A stretch of DNA of 32,000 nucleotides from Hyperthermus butylicus DSM 5456 (GCF_000015145.1 NC_008818.1:1260001-1292000), one strand, 5' to 3'. Counted from the first letter of the stretch, positions 1 to 9,217 are shown. Notes: generated from the sequence alone by a model not told the origin. Made by a program: numbers and translations.

Positions 1-310
1 TCCCACTAACGGGCCGGGGATCCACATGTGCTCCGCCGAGCAGCTCGCCCATAAGCTGCATAACTCTATGTTCAATCTCGTCGACATATCGAGTGCCCTG
101 GTAGTATCTCTTGAATGGCTTACCCTCAGCATACCGGTGCATCATGTCGCTAACGTATGCTGCTAGCGCGAGAGGGCTCATAGCGTTCTCGCTGGCTATA
201 AGATTTATAGTCTCGTACTTGCGCCATAGATTGTGTGTTATCGTCTTTTCGAGAACCTCCCTCAGCTCCTGGGGGAGAAGGGGTAGCTTTTCCTGCCAGA
301 ACCGGAGCAC
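1..310 (-). CDS. glyA: Serine hydroxymethyltransferase, N-terminal fragment (gene continues off the left edge)
   Basis: The minus-strand translation reads [103 protein letters not shown]. The motifs [16 protein letters not shown] and YYQGT..VDEIE are typical of SHMT. The frame opens after a TAG at 347-349, and the only start is GTG at 310. A TATA-like ACTATATCA lies about 27 nt upstream. The track ORF 111..335 (+) is its antisense shadow. Confidence 0.8.
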   Translation of the reverse strand, partial: MLRFWQEKLPLLPQELREVLEKTITHNLWRKYETINLIASENAMSPLALAAYVSDMMHRYAEGKPFKRYYQGTRYVDEIEHRVMQLMGELLGGAHVDPRPVSG

Positions 311-395
311 TTTCCTGGCACCGGGTAGCCGGTGATATAGTAGAGACTAATTAACGCAAGCTCCTTGAAGCAGTGATCATGCTAGTATAGGGGCT

Positions 396-677
396 TTACT
401 GATACTCGCTAACCTTGACATAACTGGGTCTAAGCTTTAGAGCTTCAACATTCCTATGTGCAATCTCTACCGCCTCGACTACTATATCATAGGTTACCGG
501 TACGCCTATCTCATCCTCGTAGCGGCGTAGAAGCCAATAGGCATCAATTTCGTCACTCCATTCTCCCCAATGTTCAACCAGTATCTCGGCTGCACGGCTA
601 GGAGCTTGCAGAAACCTCTCATCAACATAGTCCTCCCGGTCGCCTCCACCCTTAACCTGACCTCGCTCTCTAGGCAT
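396..677 (-). CDS. Hypothetical small acidic protein (93 aa)
   Basis: Intact ORF with E/D/V/Y-rich composition like the neighbouring genes. I recognise no motif. The overlapping track ORFs 506..745 (-) and 570..809 (+) have implausible composition. Confidence 0.45.
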   Translation of the reverse strand: MPRERGQVKGGGDREDYVDERFLQAPSRAAEILVEHWGEWSDEIDAYWLLRRYEDEIGVPVTYDIVVEAVEIAHRNVEALKLRPSYVKVSEYQ

Positions 678-855
678 GGACTACACCCTGTCTCTCCCAG
701 AAAAGTAGCGTATAACTGGCATGCTATTGGTGTTACGCCCAGCAAAACGTACTACTGGAATAGAATGTGGAATAGTCTCATGCGCCCACTAGCATCCCAG
801 CAGTGTTAAGATGGGGCTTACTGGGCTGTAGCTGTTTAAGAATAGGACATCTGTC

Positions 856-1305
856 ATGAATACTTGCAGTCGGGGGTCTCTCACTGTGGCGGCTGTAATT
901 GGAGCTGTTAAACTACCCGTACACGACGTGGCTCAAACTGTAGGCGTAGACCTATATCCTGTTTACGATGTTGAAATAGTTATCTATGGTGGCCTAGACC
1001 CGCAAACAGACGAGCTGGTAGACAATGCAAGGAAGGCTGCAGCCATACTACGAGAGGAATACGGTGTAGAGGTTATTGTTTCGCCAAACATAGTTCACTG
1101 GGACATAACCAGCTTTACCCCACAGCCATACATGCTCCCAGTCCTAGTCGTTAATGGCCGCGAGGTCTCAGAGGGGAAGGTCCCCTCCGTCCAGGAGATA
1201 GTCGATATAGTACTAAGACTCTTCGACGAGGAGAGGGGTGAGCACTCAATACCACCACTCAAGAAGGGAGATGATGCTGTTGAAGTTATGGCATGTACAT
1301 GGTAG
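856..1305 (+). CDS. Hypothetical protein, possibly a thioredoxin-fold domain lacking the CxxC pair
   Basis: The C-terminal half (..YMLPVLVVNGREVSEGKVPSVQEIVDIV..) resembles small thioredoxin_3/glutaredoxin-like proteins, but the redox cysteines are absent. The start is uncertain (ATG 856 or GTG 886). The 3' end overlaps the convergent kinase gene by 60 nt. Confidence 0.45.
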   Translation: MNTCSRGSLTVAAVIGAVKLPVHDVAQTVGVDLYPVYDVEIVIYGGLDPQTDELVDNARKAAAILREEYGVEVIVSPNIVHWDITSFTPQPYMLPVLVVNGREVSEGKVPSVQEIVDIVLRLFDEERGEHSIPPLKKGDDAVEVMACTW

Positions 1306-2169
1306 ACGCTTAACCTTCCTTACCTTAATCTCTACAAGATTCTTGCTGCATACTCCCTTCTCTATGCATGTCCCTTCCCTGCTGTCAAGGAGGCATTTAA
1401 CAGCCGATGCGGCGGCGATAGTGGCCCCAGCCAGATCCTCGCCGCGTAGCAACATGTATGCGAGAATACCTGTAAACATGTCTCCTGCTCCAACACTATA
1501 GCCCTCTGACACGTAAGGCTCTACGGCAACAGCTATGCCAGCAGCGCGATCCAGCGCTATGGCTCCCTTTTCGCCGAATGTTACAACAAGCCTTATCGGT
1601 GCTAGTACATCTACAATATAGCTCAGAGCTTCTAGTCCCTCGTCTCCCACATCTTCAACGCTTATGCGGACAATACAATTCCAAGGTATGTGTCCCCGAA
1701 GCTCTGCTAGGAGATGTCCGAAACGCTCTATGCGGCCGTCACTGCTTATCCTCGTAAAGCCTTGCACATCCAGTATGCATACGCGATAGCCAGCACTATA
1801 CTTGGCTAGTAGCATAGGGCTATACTCCCAGTTAATGGGCGAGAATACAGCAGCATTGCATGAGGGGAGTGCATCACTAAAGAATGTTGAATGTAGCGCT
1901 TTCAGTCTCTTAACCCCTTGAGGGTCAAGCTCAAGGCTAAACGCCGTAGCACAGTCTCGATATGCCTCAAAGTTGGTGGGTCTACAGGGCTCGGCGAGAT
2001 ACTCTGATGCAGCTGTGTTGCTGCATGGTAGTGCAAGGTTTACACCGATACTAGCCCCTACACCGTGCATTGCGAATAGTATGTAGAAGGCTGGGCCCCC
2101 ACGCTCAATGTTGTCTGCGGCGTGATCTATTGTAGGGGCTGCATAGACGTCTATGCAGTTATTCATCAT
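1246..2169 (-). CDS. PfkB-family carbohydrate/nucleoside kinase
   Basis: 307-aa ORF carrying the C-terminal PfkB signature ..VGAGDMFTGILAYMLLRGEDLAGATIAAASAVKCL.. and an N-terminal GG-type sugar-binding region. Confidence 0.7.
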   Translation of the reverse strand: MMNNCIDVYAAPTIDHAADNIERGGPAFYILFAMHGVGASIGVNLALPCSNTAASEYLAEPCRPTNFEAYRDCATAFSLELDPQGVKRLKALHSTFFSDALPSCNAAVFSPINWEYSPMLLAKYSAGYRVCILDVQGFTRISSDGRIERFGHLLAELRGHIPWNCIVRISVEDVGDEGLEALSYIVDVLAPIRLVVTFGEKGAIALDRAAGIAVAVEPYVSEGYSVGAGDMFTGILAYMLLRGEDLAGATIAAASAVKCLLDSREGTCIEKGVCSKNLVEIKVRKVKRLPCTCHNFNSIISLLEWWY

Positions 2170-2171
2170 TG

Positions 2172-2438
2172 CTAGTCCTCTTCCTCCTCAAGCTTCTCCT
2201 CAGCCGGTTCTCCAGGCTCTACAATCTGTACCTTAACCCGCTCTGCCCGCTTCACTTTTGCATGGTTCAAGATATGTATGACTAGGTCCTTCTCGGAGAA
2301 AAAGTATGTTGCATCCACGCCAAAGCCGCAGATGGGGCATGCATATAGCCCGGTTACGCGGTCACGTGGTACTTTGAGTCTTACACCATAGACCTCTATA
2401 ATTGTCTCCTCCCACTGAGGCTCCCATTGAAGTGACAC
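2172..2438 (-). CDS. Small zinc-finger-like protein with an acidic tail (88 aa)
   Basis: CPICG...HILNH gives C2H2-like spacing. The gene starts 2 nt after the GGR stop, so it probably forms an operon with GGR. The C-terminus is PAEEKLEEEED. Confidence 0.5.
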   Translation of the reverse strand: MSLQWEPQWEETIIEVYGVRLKVPRDRVTGLYACPICGFGVDATYFFSEKDLVIHILNHAKVKRAERVKVQIVEPGEPAEEKLEEEED

Positions 2439-2440
2439 TG

Positions 2441-3805
2441 CTAGCTCCCAAGCCTAGCCTCATACTCTTTTAGGAGGTTTTCAACCTCTCTTACCCATTG
2501 CTTGAGCCCTGAGGGATTCTCAGGGTAGCGCATGTAGAGTTCCTTGATTTTCTTCATATAGTCTGCTACAGTCTTTAGCTTTGCCAGCAGTGTCGGCCTA
2601 CGGAGACCGCGGAGCACTATCATGGCCTTCTCTATAACCGAGAGTTTTAGCTCCCCTGTCTCGCTAGCGTAGAGCACGTCTGTCTCTGGTATGAGCTTAT
2701 GTTTCATCCCGAACTCTATATCATCATTACCTAGCCTCTGTAGGAACCTCCTAAACACGTCGAGCGAGGCCTGCTTAGCCCCTATAGACCTCATGTAGCT
2801 AGTGTTTAGGCTCCACAGTGCCTCTTCGTCGAAGCGCCCCTTGTTGTAAGCTTCCTCGAAGGCCTTGGCAGCGTAATAAGCGGCTCTAAAGCCATAACCC
2901 ATGCCTCCACCGTGAATGGGATTTACAGTGTAGCCAGCATCGCCTATTACGACGACACCTGGCCCGACCATAGTATTCGACGGCCTGCGTGTGGGTAGCG
3001 GCGCACCAGCAGCCGTTATGACACGGTGTTTTAGCCTTAGGAGGCTATGCTCAACAAGCTTCTCCCGGTAGATCTGCATAGGGCTCGGATATCCCATGCC
3101 TCCCTGTACACCGAGGCCAACATTGCTTCGGTGGCTCGTCTCGGGGAAGAACCACCAGTAGCCTCCGGGAGCTATCTCCTGGTTCAAGTATATCCTTATG
3201 ACGTTTGGTTCTTCGATCTCGTAATCTTCATACTCTATTATCTCGCGGTATGCTATGTTGGTATCCCTTGGATCTATATCCTCGTAGATAGGCCAGTCGC
3301 GTGGTAGTCTTCGCCTTATAACCCTAGAGAATCCGGTAGCCTCAATCACAAGACTCGCATACAGTTCCACTACGCGTCCATCCTTAGACTTTGCCTTAAC
3401 CCCGATGACCTTGCCGCCAGAGATTATCGGTTCAAGTATGCTAGTCTCGTAGAGAACCTCGGCGCCACGGTTTAAGGCATCCTCGACAAGCCAGCGGCCA
3501 AAGGCTGTACGGTCAATAATGTAGCCTTTACCGTGAACACGATAGCGGACCTCCTCGCTTGGAGAGTAAATATCAATAGCTGTAACCCGGTTCTTAAGCA
3601 CGCTAGAGGGAGGTTCGGGCAGATGTGACTCAGTTATGTGGTGGGCTCCGAGTGCGTCGCCACATGGTTTGCTCCATAGCTTCTCCGGTCGGTTACGTTC
3701 AATACCTAGAACGCGGAAGCCCATGCGAGCTAGGTGCCAGAGTGCAACACTACCCGCTGGTCCCAAGCCGGCGACTATAACGTCGTAGCGGGGCTCATTC
3801 TTCAT
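2441..3805 (-). CDS. Geranylgeranyl reductase family flavoprotein (digeranylgeranylglycerophospholipid reductase-like)
   Basis: FAD dinucleotide fold YDVIVAGLGPAGSVAL, the KPCGDALG motif, and VIGDAGYTVNPIHGGGMG. At 454 aa it matches the size of archaeal GGRs. Confidence 0.85.
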   Translation of the reverse strand: MKNEPRYDVIVAGLGPAGSVALWHLARMGFRVLGIERNRPEKLWSKPCGDALGAHHITESHLPEPPSSVLKNRVTAIDIYSPSEEVRYRVHGKGYIIDRTAFGRWLVEDALNRGAEVLYETSILEPIISGGKVIGVKAKSKDGRVVELYASLVIEATGFSRVIRRRLPRDWPIYEDIDPRDTNIAYREIIEYEDYEIEEPNVIRIYLNQEIAPGGYWWFFPETSHRSNVGLGVQGGMGYPSPMQIYREKLVEHSLLRLKHRVITAAGAPLPTRRPSNTMVGPGVVVIGDAGYTVNPIHGGGMGYGFRAAYYAAKAFEEAYNKGRFDEEALWSLNTSYMRSIGAKQASLDVFRRFLQRLGNDDIEFGMKHKLIPETDVLYASETGELKLSVIEKAMIVLRGLRRPTLLAKLKTVADYMKKIKELYMRYPENPSGLKQWVREVENLLKEYEARLGS

Positions 3806-3973
3806 GATTCTGGGCCCTCAGGCGTTTTGTGCTCGGGAAACTTCCCCTCATCAACCGGCATTTAACCTTACCCCCAAACGTTGGAGGCTACGATTCCGTC
3901 GAGCCTGGTGTAGCTAGGTGTCGGGACTAGTACTAATAGGGGTGCCAGAGTAAACCTAGCTTAAGGACTGGGG

Positions 3974-4513
3974 GTGTGGGATATGTCCTTCATATGGAGG
4001 CGTAGATTTAGCGACATATTCGACGAGATAGAGGAAATGATTAGAGAAATGGAGCGACTTGCTGAGGCGATGCTAGGGGGATTCGAGACTAGAATGCCGC
4101 GTGGCGAGTTTAAGGGCCCCATAGTCTACGGTGTACGGATAACAATAGGGCCAGATGGCAGACCAATAATCGAGGAGTTTGGTAATGTTAAGAGGCGCGG
4201 TCGCCGAGCAATAATCGAAGAGGCTGTAGAGCCCCTCGTAGAGGTAATAGATGAGAAGGATAAGGTAGTAGTTATTGCTGAGATACCAGGTGTTGAGAAG
4301 GACAAGATAGACATACGCATTAAGGACGGCAAGCTGATAATAAGGGCTGAGGATAGGGAACGTAAGTACTACAAGGAGATAGAACTACCTCCAAACATTA
4401 AGCCAGAGACTGCAAAGGCAAAGTACAAGAATGGCGTACTTGAGGTAACGATCGAGAAAGAAAAGCCCGAGGAAGAAAAGGAGGAAGGCGGAATAAGGGT
4501 CAAGGTCGAATAG
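3974..4513 (+). CDS. hsp20: Small heat shock protein, Hsp20/alpha-crystallin family
   Basis: Alpha-crystallin domain ..VVVIAEIPGVEKDKIDIRIKDGKLIIRAE...AKAKYKNGVLEVTIEKEK. The track start is GTG 3974; ATG 3983 (MSFIWRRRF..) is an equally plausible start. Confidence 0.85.
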   Translation: MWDMSFIWRRRFSDIFDEIEEMIREMERLAEAMLGGFETRMPRGEFKGPIVYGVRITIGPDGRPIIEEFGNVKRRGRRAIIEEAVEPLVEVIDEKDKVVVIAEIPGVEKDKIDIRIKDGKLIIRAEDRERKYYKEIELPPNIKPETAKAKYKNGVLEVTIEKEKPEEEKEEGGIRVKVE

Positions 4514-4515
4514 CA

Positions 4516-5103
4516 CTAAGCAACTATATAGCCTAGCTCCTCTAGCTCCTCTCTTTTAACAGGTTCGACCCTAGCCTTCTCGGAGACTATAGCACTAATC
4601 CCTTCCGGATCCACTATTACCAGCGTAAACTTCACTCTACCCTCTTTTGCATCCAGTATAAGTTTGCGGGCCCTCTTGCAAGCTTCTCGATCAGCATCGG
4701 GCGAGGAGCAAGCAGCTTCAAGAGCCTCAAGGAACCTATCAAATACACCCTCAACGGTTGTTATAAATCCCGTTGCTGCGGGCCCAGGCATCATCTTGAG
4801 GTCTAGTTCGGGTACTACTATAGAGGCTGACGAAGCCTTTACGACTATTACATTCAAGTCCTCAGGCTTTTCAACACGGTATACTATCTTGCGTGGTCCA
4901 TGCGCTTCAGCTAGGCGTACATCTGTAAATCTATAACCGCAACTGTTGCACTTGGCGCTGGTTAGTAACACCTTGCCTACAAGAGGCATATCATATAGGT
5001 AGTCCTCTATCCTAAGAGTCTTACGGCTGCAAACTGGGCACTCGACAACGAGTTCATTAATTTTTACGAGTTTCTCCCTGTGTTGCTTCTCGGGACGGGT
5101 CAT
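4516..5103 (-). CDS. ZPR1-type zinc-finger protein
   Basis: A CPVCSRKT..(x25)..CNSCGYRF zinc ribbon followed by a ZPR1-like beta domain. I place the start at ATG 5103 (MTRPEKQ..) because GAGGAGGG sits 4 nt upstream. The track start, TTG 5136, adds 11 unlikely residues. Confidence 0.7.
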   Translation of the reverse strand: MTRPEKQHREKLVKINELVVECPVCSRKTLRIEDYLYDMPLVGKVLLTSAKCNSCGYRFTDVRLAEAHGPRKIVYRVEKPEDLNVIVVKASSASIVVPELDLKMMPGPAATGFITTVEGVFDRFLEALEAACSSPDADREACKRARKLILDAKEGRVKFTLVIVDPEGISAIVSEKARVEPVKREELEELGYIVA

Positions 5104-5352
5104 TGTCCCTCCTCGTGGCATTATGTGAAGACACAACTTGCTCCCATTAAATATCGATGTGCATCACTATCTTCAAACCTTTACTTTAGTCTTTAGGCCT
5201 TATCAGCTATTTTTGTGAAAGGTTTACTACCCTCTGTTCCGTACTACGGGGCCTGCTTAATTAAGGCTTAGCTAGTGGGCTGTTAGGGCATGTGTGCAGC
5301 ACGTAGAGCGTAATTGCTGGGCAGCATTGATATAGCAATGGCTATACAAGTT

Positions 5353-5361
5353 CCATATAGG
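5353..5361 (+). promoter_or_regulatory. TATA-like box (CCATATAGG) for the RHH regulator gene
   Basis: Its centre lies about 27 nt upstream of ATG 5385, which is the spacing expected for a leaderless archaeal mRNA. Pattern-based only. Confidence 0.3.
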
Positions 5362-5384
5362 CGCTAAGCAACGGTGTGGGAGTT

Positions 5385-5696
5385 ATGGCTAGACAGCCTA
5401 GCGATACGCAGATAATTGACGTCGTCGTACCATCGCCCAAGAAAGTGGTTAGCGTCAAGCTGGAGGTCGAAATAATAGAGGAGCTTGACCGTACCTGGCG
5501 CGCCCTAGGTTATACAAGCAGAAGCGAGTTCATTCGTGAAGCAATCCTCTACTACATGCAGGTTGTACAGGCCCGACGTGCTGCCACAAGTGCAGCAATA
5601 CGCGGAGACAACATGGGAAGGGTTTTAGCTAATGGTGAGGCTGGTGCAGAGGAAGTTGAGGAAGAAGAATTTGTTGAAGAGGAAGGTGTTGTATAG
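5385..5696 (+). CDS. Ribbon-helix-helix (CopG/NikR-N-like) DNA-binding protein with an acidic tail
   Basis: KKVVSVKLEVEIIEELDRTWRALGYTSRSEFIREAILYYMQ follows the beta-strand, helix, helix RHH pattern. The C-terminus is EEVEEEEFVEEEG. The track ORF starts at GTG 5376. Confidence 0.65.
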   Translation: MARQPSDTQIIDVVVPSPKKVVSVKLEVEIIEELDRTWRALGYTSRSEFIREAILYYMQVVQARRAATSAAIRGDNMGRVLANGEAGAEEVEEEEFVEEEGVV

Positions 5697-5746
5697 AAAT
5701 CGGCTTATTAGTCCCTGGTTCTGATTTACAGCTATGTTCTTTCCTC

Positions 5747-6211
5747 CTATTCCGTCTTCCTCTTCTCTTGATGGCTCTTAATCATCTTTAGAATATCTCT
5801 AAGTGCCTCGCTAAATGCTCGCGAACAATTCTCGAAGTCCTGGATAATCCTCAGCAGTACAGCTTCAGGGTCGTCAATGTAGTACTTGTACCTTGGCCTG
5901 CCAACGCCTGCCTTCTTTTCTCTTGTACGCGACACAAAGCCTATCTCTACCAGTTTTGATAAACTCCTATTGACTGTTGCCTTACTAAGCTTCAATATTT
6001 GTGTAAGGTCGTCGACAGAATACTCTCCACCCTTTAGCAGCTCAAAGAGAATCATTGCATCAGTCTCACTTAGGTCGTAGCAGAACCTCAACCCCTCAAC
6101 AACAACTGTTTCCTTGCCGGTAGGTAGTTTAAGCTTATAGCGGAGTGCAGCCTCCGCATGTAGCCCCTCCACTCGCGCCTCACCATAAGTTAGTGTAAAA
6201 GGTATCCCCAC
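5747..6211 (-). CDS. Winged-helix transcriptional regulator (TrmB/MarR-like)
   Basis: ..ETDAMILFELLKGGEYSVDDLTQILKLSKATVNRSLSKLVEIGFVSRTREKKAGVGRPRYKYY.. is a typical wHTH with a wing. Confidence 0.7.
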   Translation of the reverse strand: MGIPFTLTYGEARVEGLHAEAALRYKLKLPTGKETVVVEGLRFCYDLSETDAMILFELLKGGEYSVDDLTQILKLSKATVNRSLSKLVEIGFVSRTREKKAGVGRPRYKYYIDDPEAVLLRIIQDFENCSRAFSEALRDILKMIKSHQEKRKTE

Positions 6212-6257
6212 TATATTTATTTACATTGAAATTGTTCTCTTGAACTATATGCTTAGC

Positions 6258-6770
6258 CTAAACCGCTAGTCTAGGTGTAATAAAAACCTCTATGAATGCA
6301 GCAGCTACAAGTAATGCTGCAGCCTTACCCATTGCTGTTAATGCATCAGCTAAAGCATCCCATAAGCTTCTTCGAGCAGTAAGGGGTAGCCTCATGCCTA
6401 CAGCGGCAGCATATACGAATACTGATATCTCAATTACACCGTGTGGTGCAACAAGTAACAGTAGCTCGCTAAGTCTCCGTCCAGTTGAGAGCCAGAGGCT
6501 AGTCAGTGAACCGAGTATGTAGCCATTAAATCCGAGTATCAGAAGGCCCGGTATGTATGCAGCTGAAAACACGATAATTCTTGCCATTAAGGCAAAGTTA
6601 TGTGAAGCAATCACTATAAACTTGGACCACTCGTCAAGTACGGCTATAGGTTCAACACTCTTGACAGCAGTCTCGACCACGCTGTGCGAGGGAGCTAAGA
6701 GACCCATGGCAAAGCCGGTAATGTATATAGCAGCTGCTACCAGCATTGATGCACCAAGTCCTTGGCGCAT
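6258..6770 (-). CDS. Integral membrane protein, SpoIIM/DUF95-like
   Basis: Multiple TM helices. Family-like motifs are IASHNFALMARIIVFSAAYIPGLLILGFNGYILGS and VAPHGVIEISVFVYAAAVG. Confidence 0.65.
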   Translation of the reverse strand: MRQGLGASMLVAAAIYITGFAMGLLAPSHSVVETAVKSVEPIAVLDEWSKFIVIASHNFALMARIIVFSAAYIPGLLILGFNGYILGSLTSLWLSTGRRLSELLLLVAPHGVIEISVFVYAAAVGMRLPLTARRSLWDALADALTAMGKAAALLVAAAFIEVFITPRLAV

Positions 6771-6843
6771 GGCTTTCCCTAGTGCTATGTTTGAAGCCTG
6801 GAGTGGGTAGAAATATGTGGGTAGACGACTAGCTCTAAAACTA

Positions 6844-6918
6844 TGTGGAGAGTGATGAGCGACTCCGGACCGAACACTCTCCTAAACAATGTGGAGCCGT
6901 GTGAGGCCTGACTCCACA
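6844..6918 (+). ncRNA. C/D box sRNA candidate (2'-O-methylation guide)
   Basis: Layout: 5' stem TGTGGAG (6844-6850), one spacer nt, C box GTGATGA (6852-6858), D'-like CCGA (6870-6873), C'-like AATGTGGA region, a 12-nt guide GCCGTGTGAGGC, D box CTGA (6908-6911), and 3' stem CTCCACA (6912-6918). The two stems are perfectly complementary. A TATA-like GAAATATG is centred near 6814, about 27 nt upstream. Confidence 0.55.
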
Positions 6919-6930
6919 ATAGGGTGGTAC

Positions 6931-7030
6931 AGGGCTGTGATGACGCCCCTACCATAGAGCCCCGGGTGCATGTAAGGCTAATAGCTCTGGTAGAGCCGGG
7001 GGATGAATGAGTGGTCCTTAGCTGAGCCTT
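6931..7030 (+). ncRNA. Second, atypically long C/D box-like RNA candidate
   Basis: Flanks AGGGC (6931-6935) and GCCTT (7026-7030) can pair around C box GTGATGA (6937-6943) and D box CTGA (7022-7025), with one spacer nt as in the neighbouring candidate. An internal 6-bp stem CCCCGG (6960-6965) / CCGGGG (6996-7001) encloses a 30-nt insert. The C' (GATGAATGA) and D' (TAGA) boxes are degenerate and the guide spacings are 11-14 nt. Confidence 0.35.
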
Positions 7031-7040
7031 CCTGGGGGAC

Positions 7041-7901
7041 GTGGTCATGGTACTCTACGCTGATGCACATATGCATACAAGCCCTCAAGGCCTTGGAGCT
7101 CTAGAGGTTGGCAAGAGGTTTAGGAGTGCTGGTGGATGGTTTGCAGCCCTAGTAATGTTGCCTCCTTGGCACTACCTTGACGAGTTTAAACCGTCGCTGG
7201 AGTACTATGAGAAGGCGCTGAAGGTGTTTCTCTCGGAGTGTGAAAAGCTGCGTTCAACTGGGTTGCGTGTTGTATGCCTGGCAGGTTTTCATCCAGCCGA
7301 AGTAGATAAGCTTGTATCGCGTGGGTTAACACCGGAACAAGTGCTTGAACTTGCTGAGGCCGTGCTTAGGCTCGAGGAGGAGCTATGCAGGAAAGGCGTC
7401 TTGCAGGGGATAGGGGAGATTGGAAGGCAGCACTACAAGACCTCTCCTGAGCGCTTCGCGATAGCTGAGACCATCATGATTAGGGCACTTGAGATTGCAA
7501 GGGATAACGACTGTATAGTGCACCTACACCTAGAGAACGCAGGACCTGCTACGGCAAGAACCGTTGATAGAATCGTTAGGCTTGTAAAGATTGATAGGAG
7601 AAGAATATTGTTCCATCATGCGTCTGTACGTGTCGCGAGAGAAGCTACTATGCTGGGATACACAGCTACTATACCCGGTAAGCTTGAAGCATTAAGGAGG
7701 GCGTTTAGCGAGCTTAGCCCAGGATTCATGGTTGAGTCAGACTATATTGATGATCCTCATAGACCGTGTGTATCAGTGTGTCCGTGGGATATGGTTAGGT
7801 TTCAGGGAGAGCTACTGGAAAGGGGGGAAGTAGACGAGGAACTACTCGTAAAGGTGAATATAGACAATATAGTTGAGTTTTACCGTGTTGAACCTCCCTA
7901 G
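7041..7901 (+). CDS. TatD-related metal-dependent hydrolase (amidohydrolase superfamily)
   Basis: Metal-ligand pattern: ADAHMH near the N-terminus, then GEIGRQH, HLHLEN, FHHAS and ESDYIDD. The start is GTG 7041 or ATG 7047. Confidence 0.7.
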   Translation: MVMVLYADAHMHTSPQGLGALEVGKRFRSAGGWFAALVMLPPWHYLDEFKPSLEYYEKALKVFLSECEKLRSTGLRVVCLAGFHPAEVDKLVSRGLTPEQVLELAEAVLRLEEELCRKGVLQGIGEIGRQHYKTSPERFAIAETIMIRALEIARDNDCIVHLHLENAGPATARTVDRIVRLVKIDRRRILFHHASVRVAREATMLGYTATIPGKLEALRRAFSELSPGFMVESDYIDDPHRPCVSVCPWDMVRFQGELLERGEVDEELLVKVNIDNIVEFYRVEPP

Positions 7902-9217
7902 CTTCCAAGCATTATTACCCGTAGCGCTTCCTCGCGGTCAAGCTTAGTGGCAACCATATAGCTGTCGGAGATAGCCCTTAGGTCCGGGTTGTTGCCACTA
8001 ATCATCACGGTATGGAGCCTAGCGTTTACCTTGTTAAGGCTTCTCCTAATGGTATCAATTGCTATCTTGTCCTCGCCATCCGTTATGAGTATGATGTCTG
8101 AAACCTTTGATCTCTGAAGCTTCGTAGCTATATCATCTACCGCGGTTAGTATAGCTCTTGTAATGTCGGTTCCACCGTTAGCTCTTATCCTCGCTACATA
8201 CTCAAGCAGCTTTACTACATCCCTTCCATGGACACGTTTCGGTATATATAACGGAGGGTATGGTATGCTATCGAAGAATCTTATGTAAAACTCGCGTTTC
8301 TCCCTAATTGCTCTCTGAGCTAGGGCTAGTGCTACAGCTTTAGCCCATATAATTTTCATGCCCATCATGCTCCCGCTCTTGTCCAATAGCACATAGAACT
8401 TCCCATACTCCTCGCTTACAACTTTCTTGTAGAGTAGCAGATTCCTCTCAGCAAATTTTAGCAAGAATAAATCTGTAGGAAGAGCTAGCTCACTAGCAAC
8501 AACCCGCTCTATATCGCTGCCAAGCTCGTAGCCATCGAGTTCGCCGCGTGGGCTACGAATTTTCCGCGTCCTTATGTAGGCCTCTGTGCTCTCAATAGTC
8601 TTTAGTGCCTCTAGCAGTACCTTCACATCTGTGTTGCGTGCTAAGTTTATTACATCCTGGATGACATCATCGAGGCTCAGCATTGATGCGTTACCAGCTG
8701 TAAACCTCATAGCGAGATTGGTTAGCTCCTTGGCCTGCTGTGCGACGTCCCTGGCTGTTTCAAGAGCTTTCCGTACACTCTCACGTATATTTTCGGCATT
8801 GAGTCCTTGCTCGGCGTCGGCTGCGCTCTTTGACCTGGTTTCGCCTCCCTGTGGTCTTGGAAGCTTATTCAACTCTTTTAGTAATGCTTCGAGAAAAATA
8901 GCGGATGCAACCATGCTGGTTGTAGAGTCGGCTATAGTGTGTCGGCGCACGTCTCGCAGCTGTGGCGCTTCAAGCATGCTTGAGAGCACCAGGTACTGTA
9001 TGGTTTGTTTTTCGTCTCTTGCATCAGGCATTTGGAGCACAGGGAAGGGTAGGAACAACATATAGTAAACGCTTATTGCGAGGTCTACGTCTAGGTATTT
9101 AGAGACCGTCTCTGAGTTGAACGCCTCGGGTGCAAGTTTCTTCAATAAACCTATTATTCTTTCACCGCGATACCTTATGGGTGGGTCCTCATAGTTGATG
9201 CCACGTATAAAGCTCAT
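7898..9217 (-). CDS. von Willebrand factor A (VWA) domain protein, partner of the MoxR ATPase
   Basis: The C-terminal VWA domain has a MIDAS motif (VLLDKSGSMMG) and later GGTDI and ILITDGED. The N-terminal ~270 aa are helical. The gene starts 2 nt after the upstream AAA+ gene ends. Confidence 0.75.
   Translation of the reverse strand: MSFIRGINYEDPPIRYRGERIIGLLKKLAPEAFNSETVSKYLDVDLAISVYYMLFLPFPVLQMPDARDEKQTIQYLVLSSMLEAPQLRDVRRHTIADSTTSMVASAIFLEALLKELNKLPRPQGGETRSKSAADAEQGLNAENIRESVRKALETARDVAQQAKELTNLAMRFTAGNASMLSLDDVIQDVINLARNTDVKVLLEALKTIESTEAYIRTRKIRSPRGELDGYELGSDIERVVASELALPTDLFLLKFAERNLLLYKKVVSEEYGKFYVLLDKSGSMMGMKIIWAKAVALALAQRAIREKREFYIRFFDSIPYPPLYIPKRVHGRDVVKLLEYVARIRANGGTDITRAILTAVDDIATKLQRSKVSDIILITDGEDKIAIDTIRRSLNKVNARLHTVMISGNNPDLRAISDSYMVATKLDREEALRVIMLGS

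Noticed and set aside
111-335. Track ORF (74 aa, plus strand)
   Set aside because: It lies antisense to a clear serine hydroxymethyltransferase reading frame on the minus strand. Its composition (S/R/L/C-rich) is typical of a shadow ORF.
3806-3860. Minus-strand TTGATGA-12 nt-CGAG ... CTGA just upstream of the GGR start
   Set aside because: It spans only about 37 nt, with no C' box and no terminal stem. It is more likely part of the GGR promoter/5' region.
6785-7048. Track ORF (87 aa, minus strand) in the 6.8-7.0 kb intergenic region
   Set aside because: Its S/T/P/G-rich composition is unlike any confident protein in this window. The same DNA is better explained by two plus-strand C/D box RNA candidates.
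8586-9065. Long antisense ORFs inside confident genes (this one, plus 9452..9871, 14820..15371, 17531..18058, 20778..21245, 22847..23266, 24666..25184, 26936..27259)
   Set aside because: All are S/L/R/A-rich mirror frames of genes with strong motif support on the other strand. None has a motif of its own.
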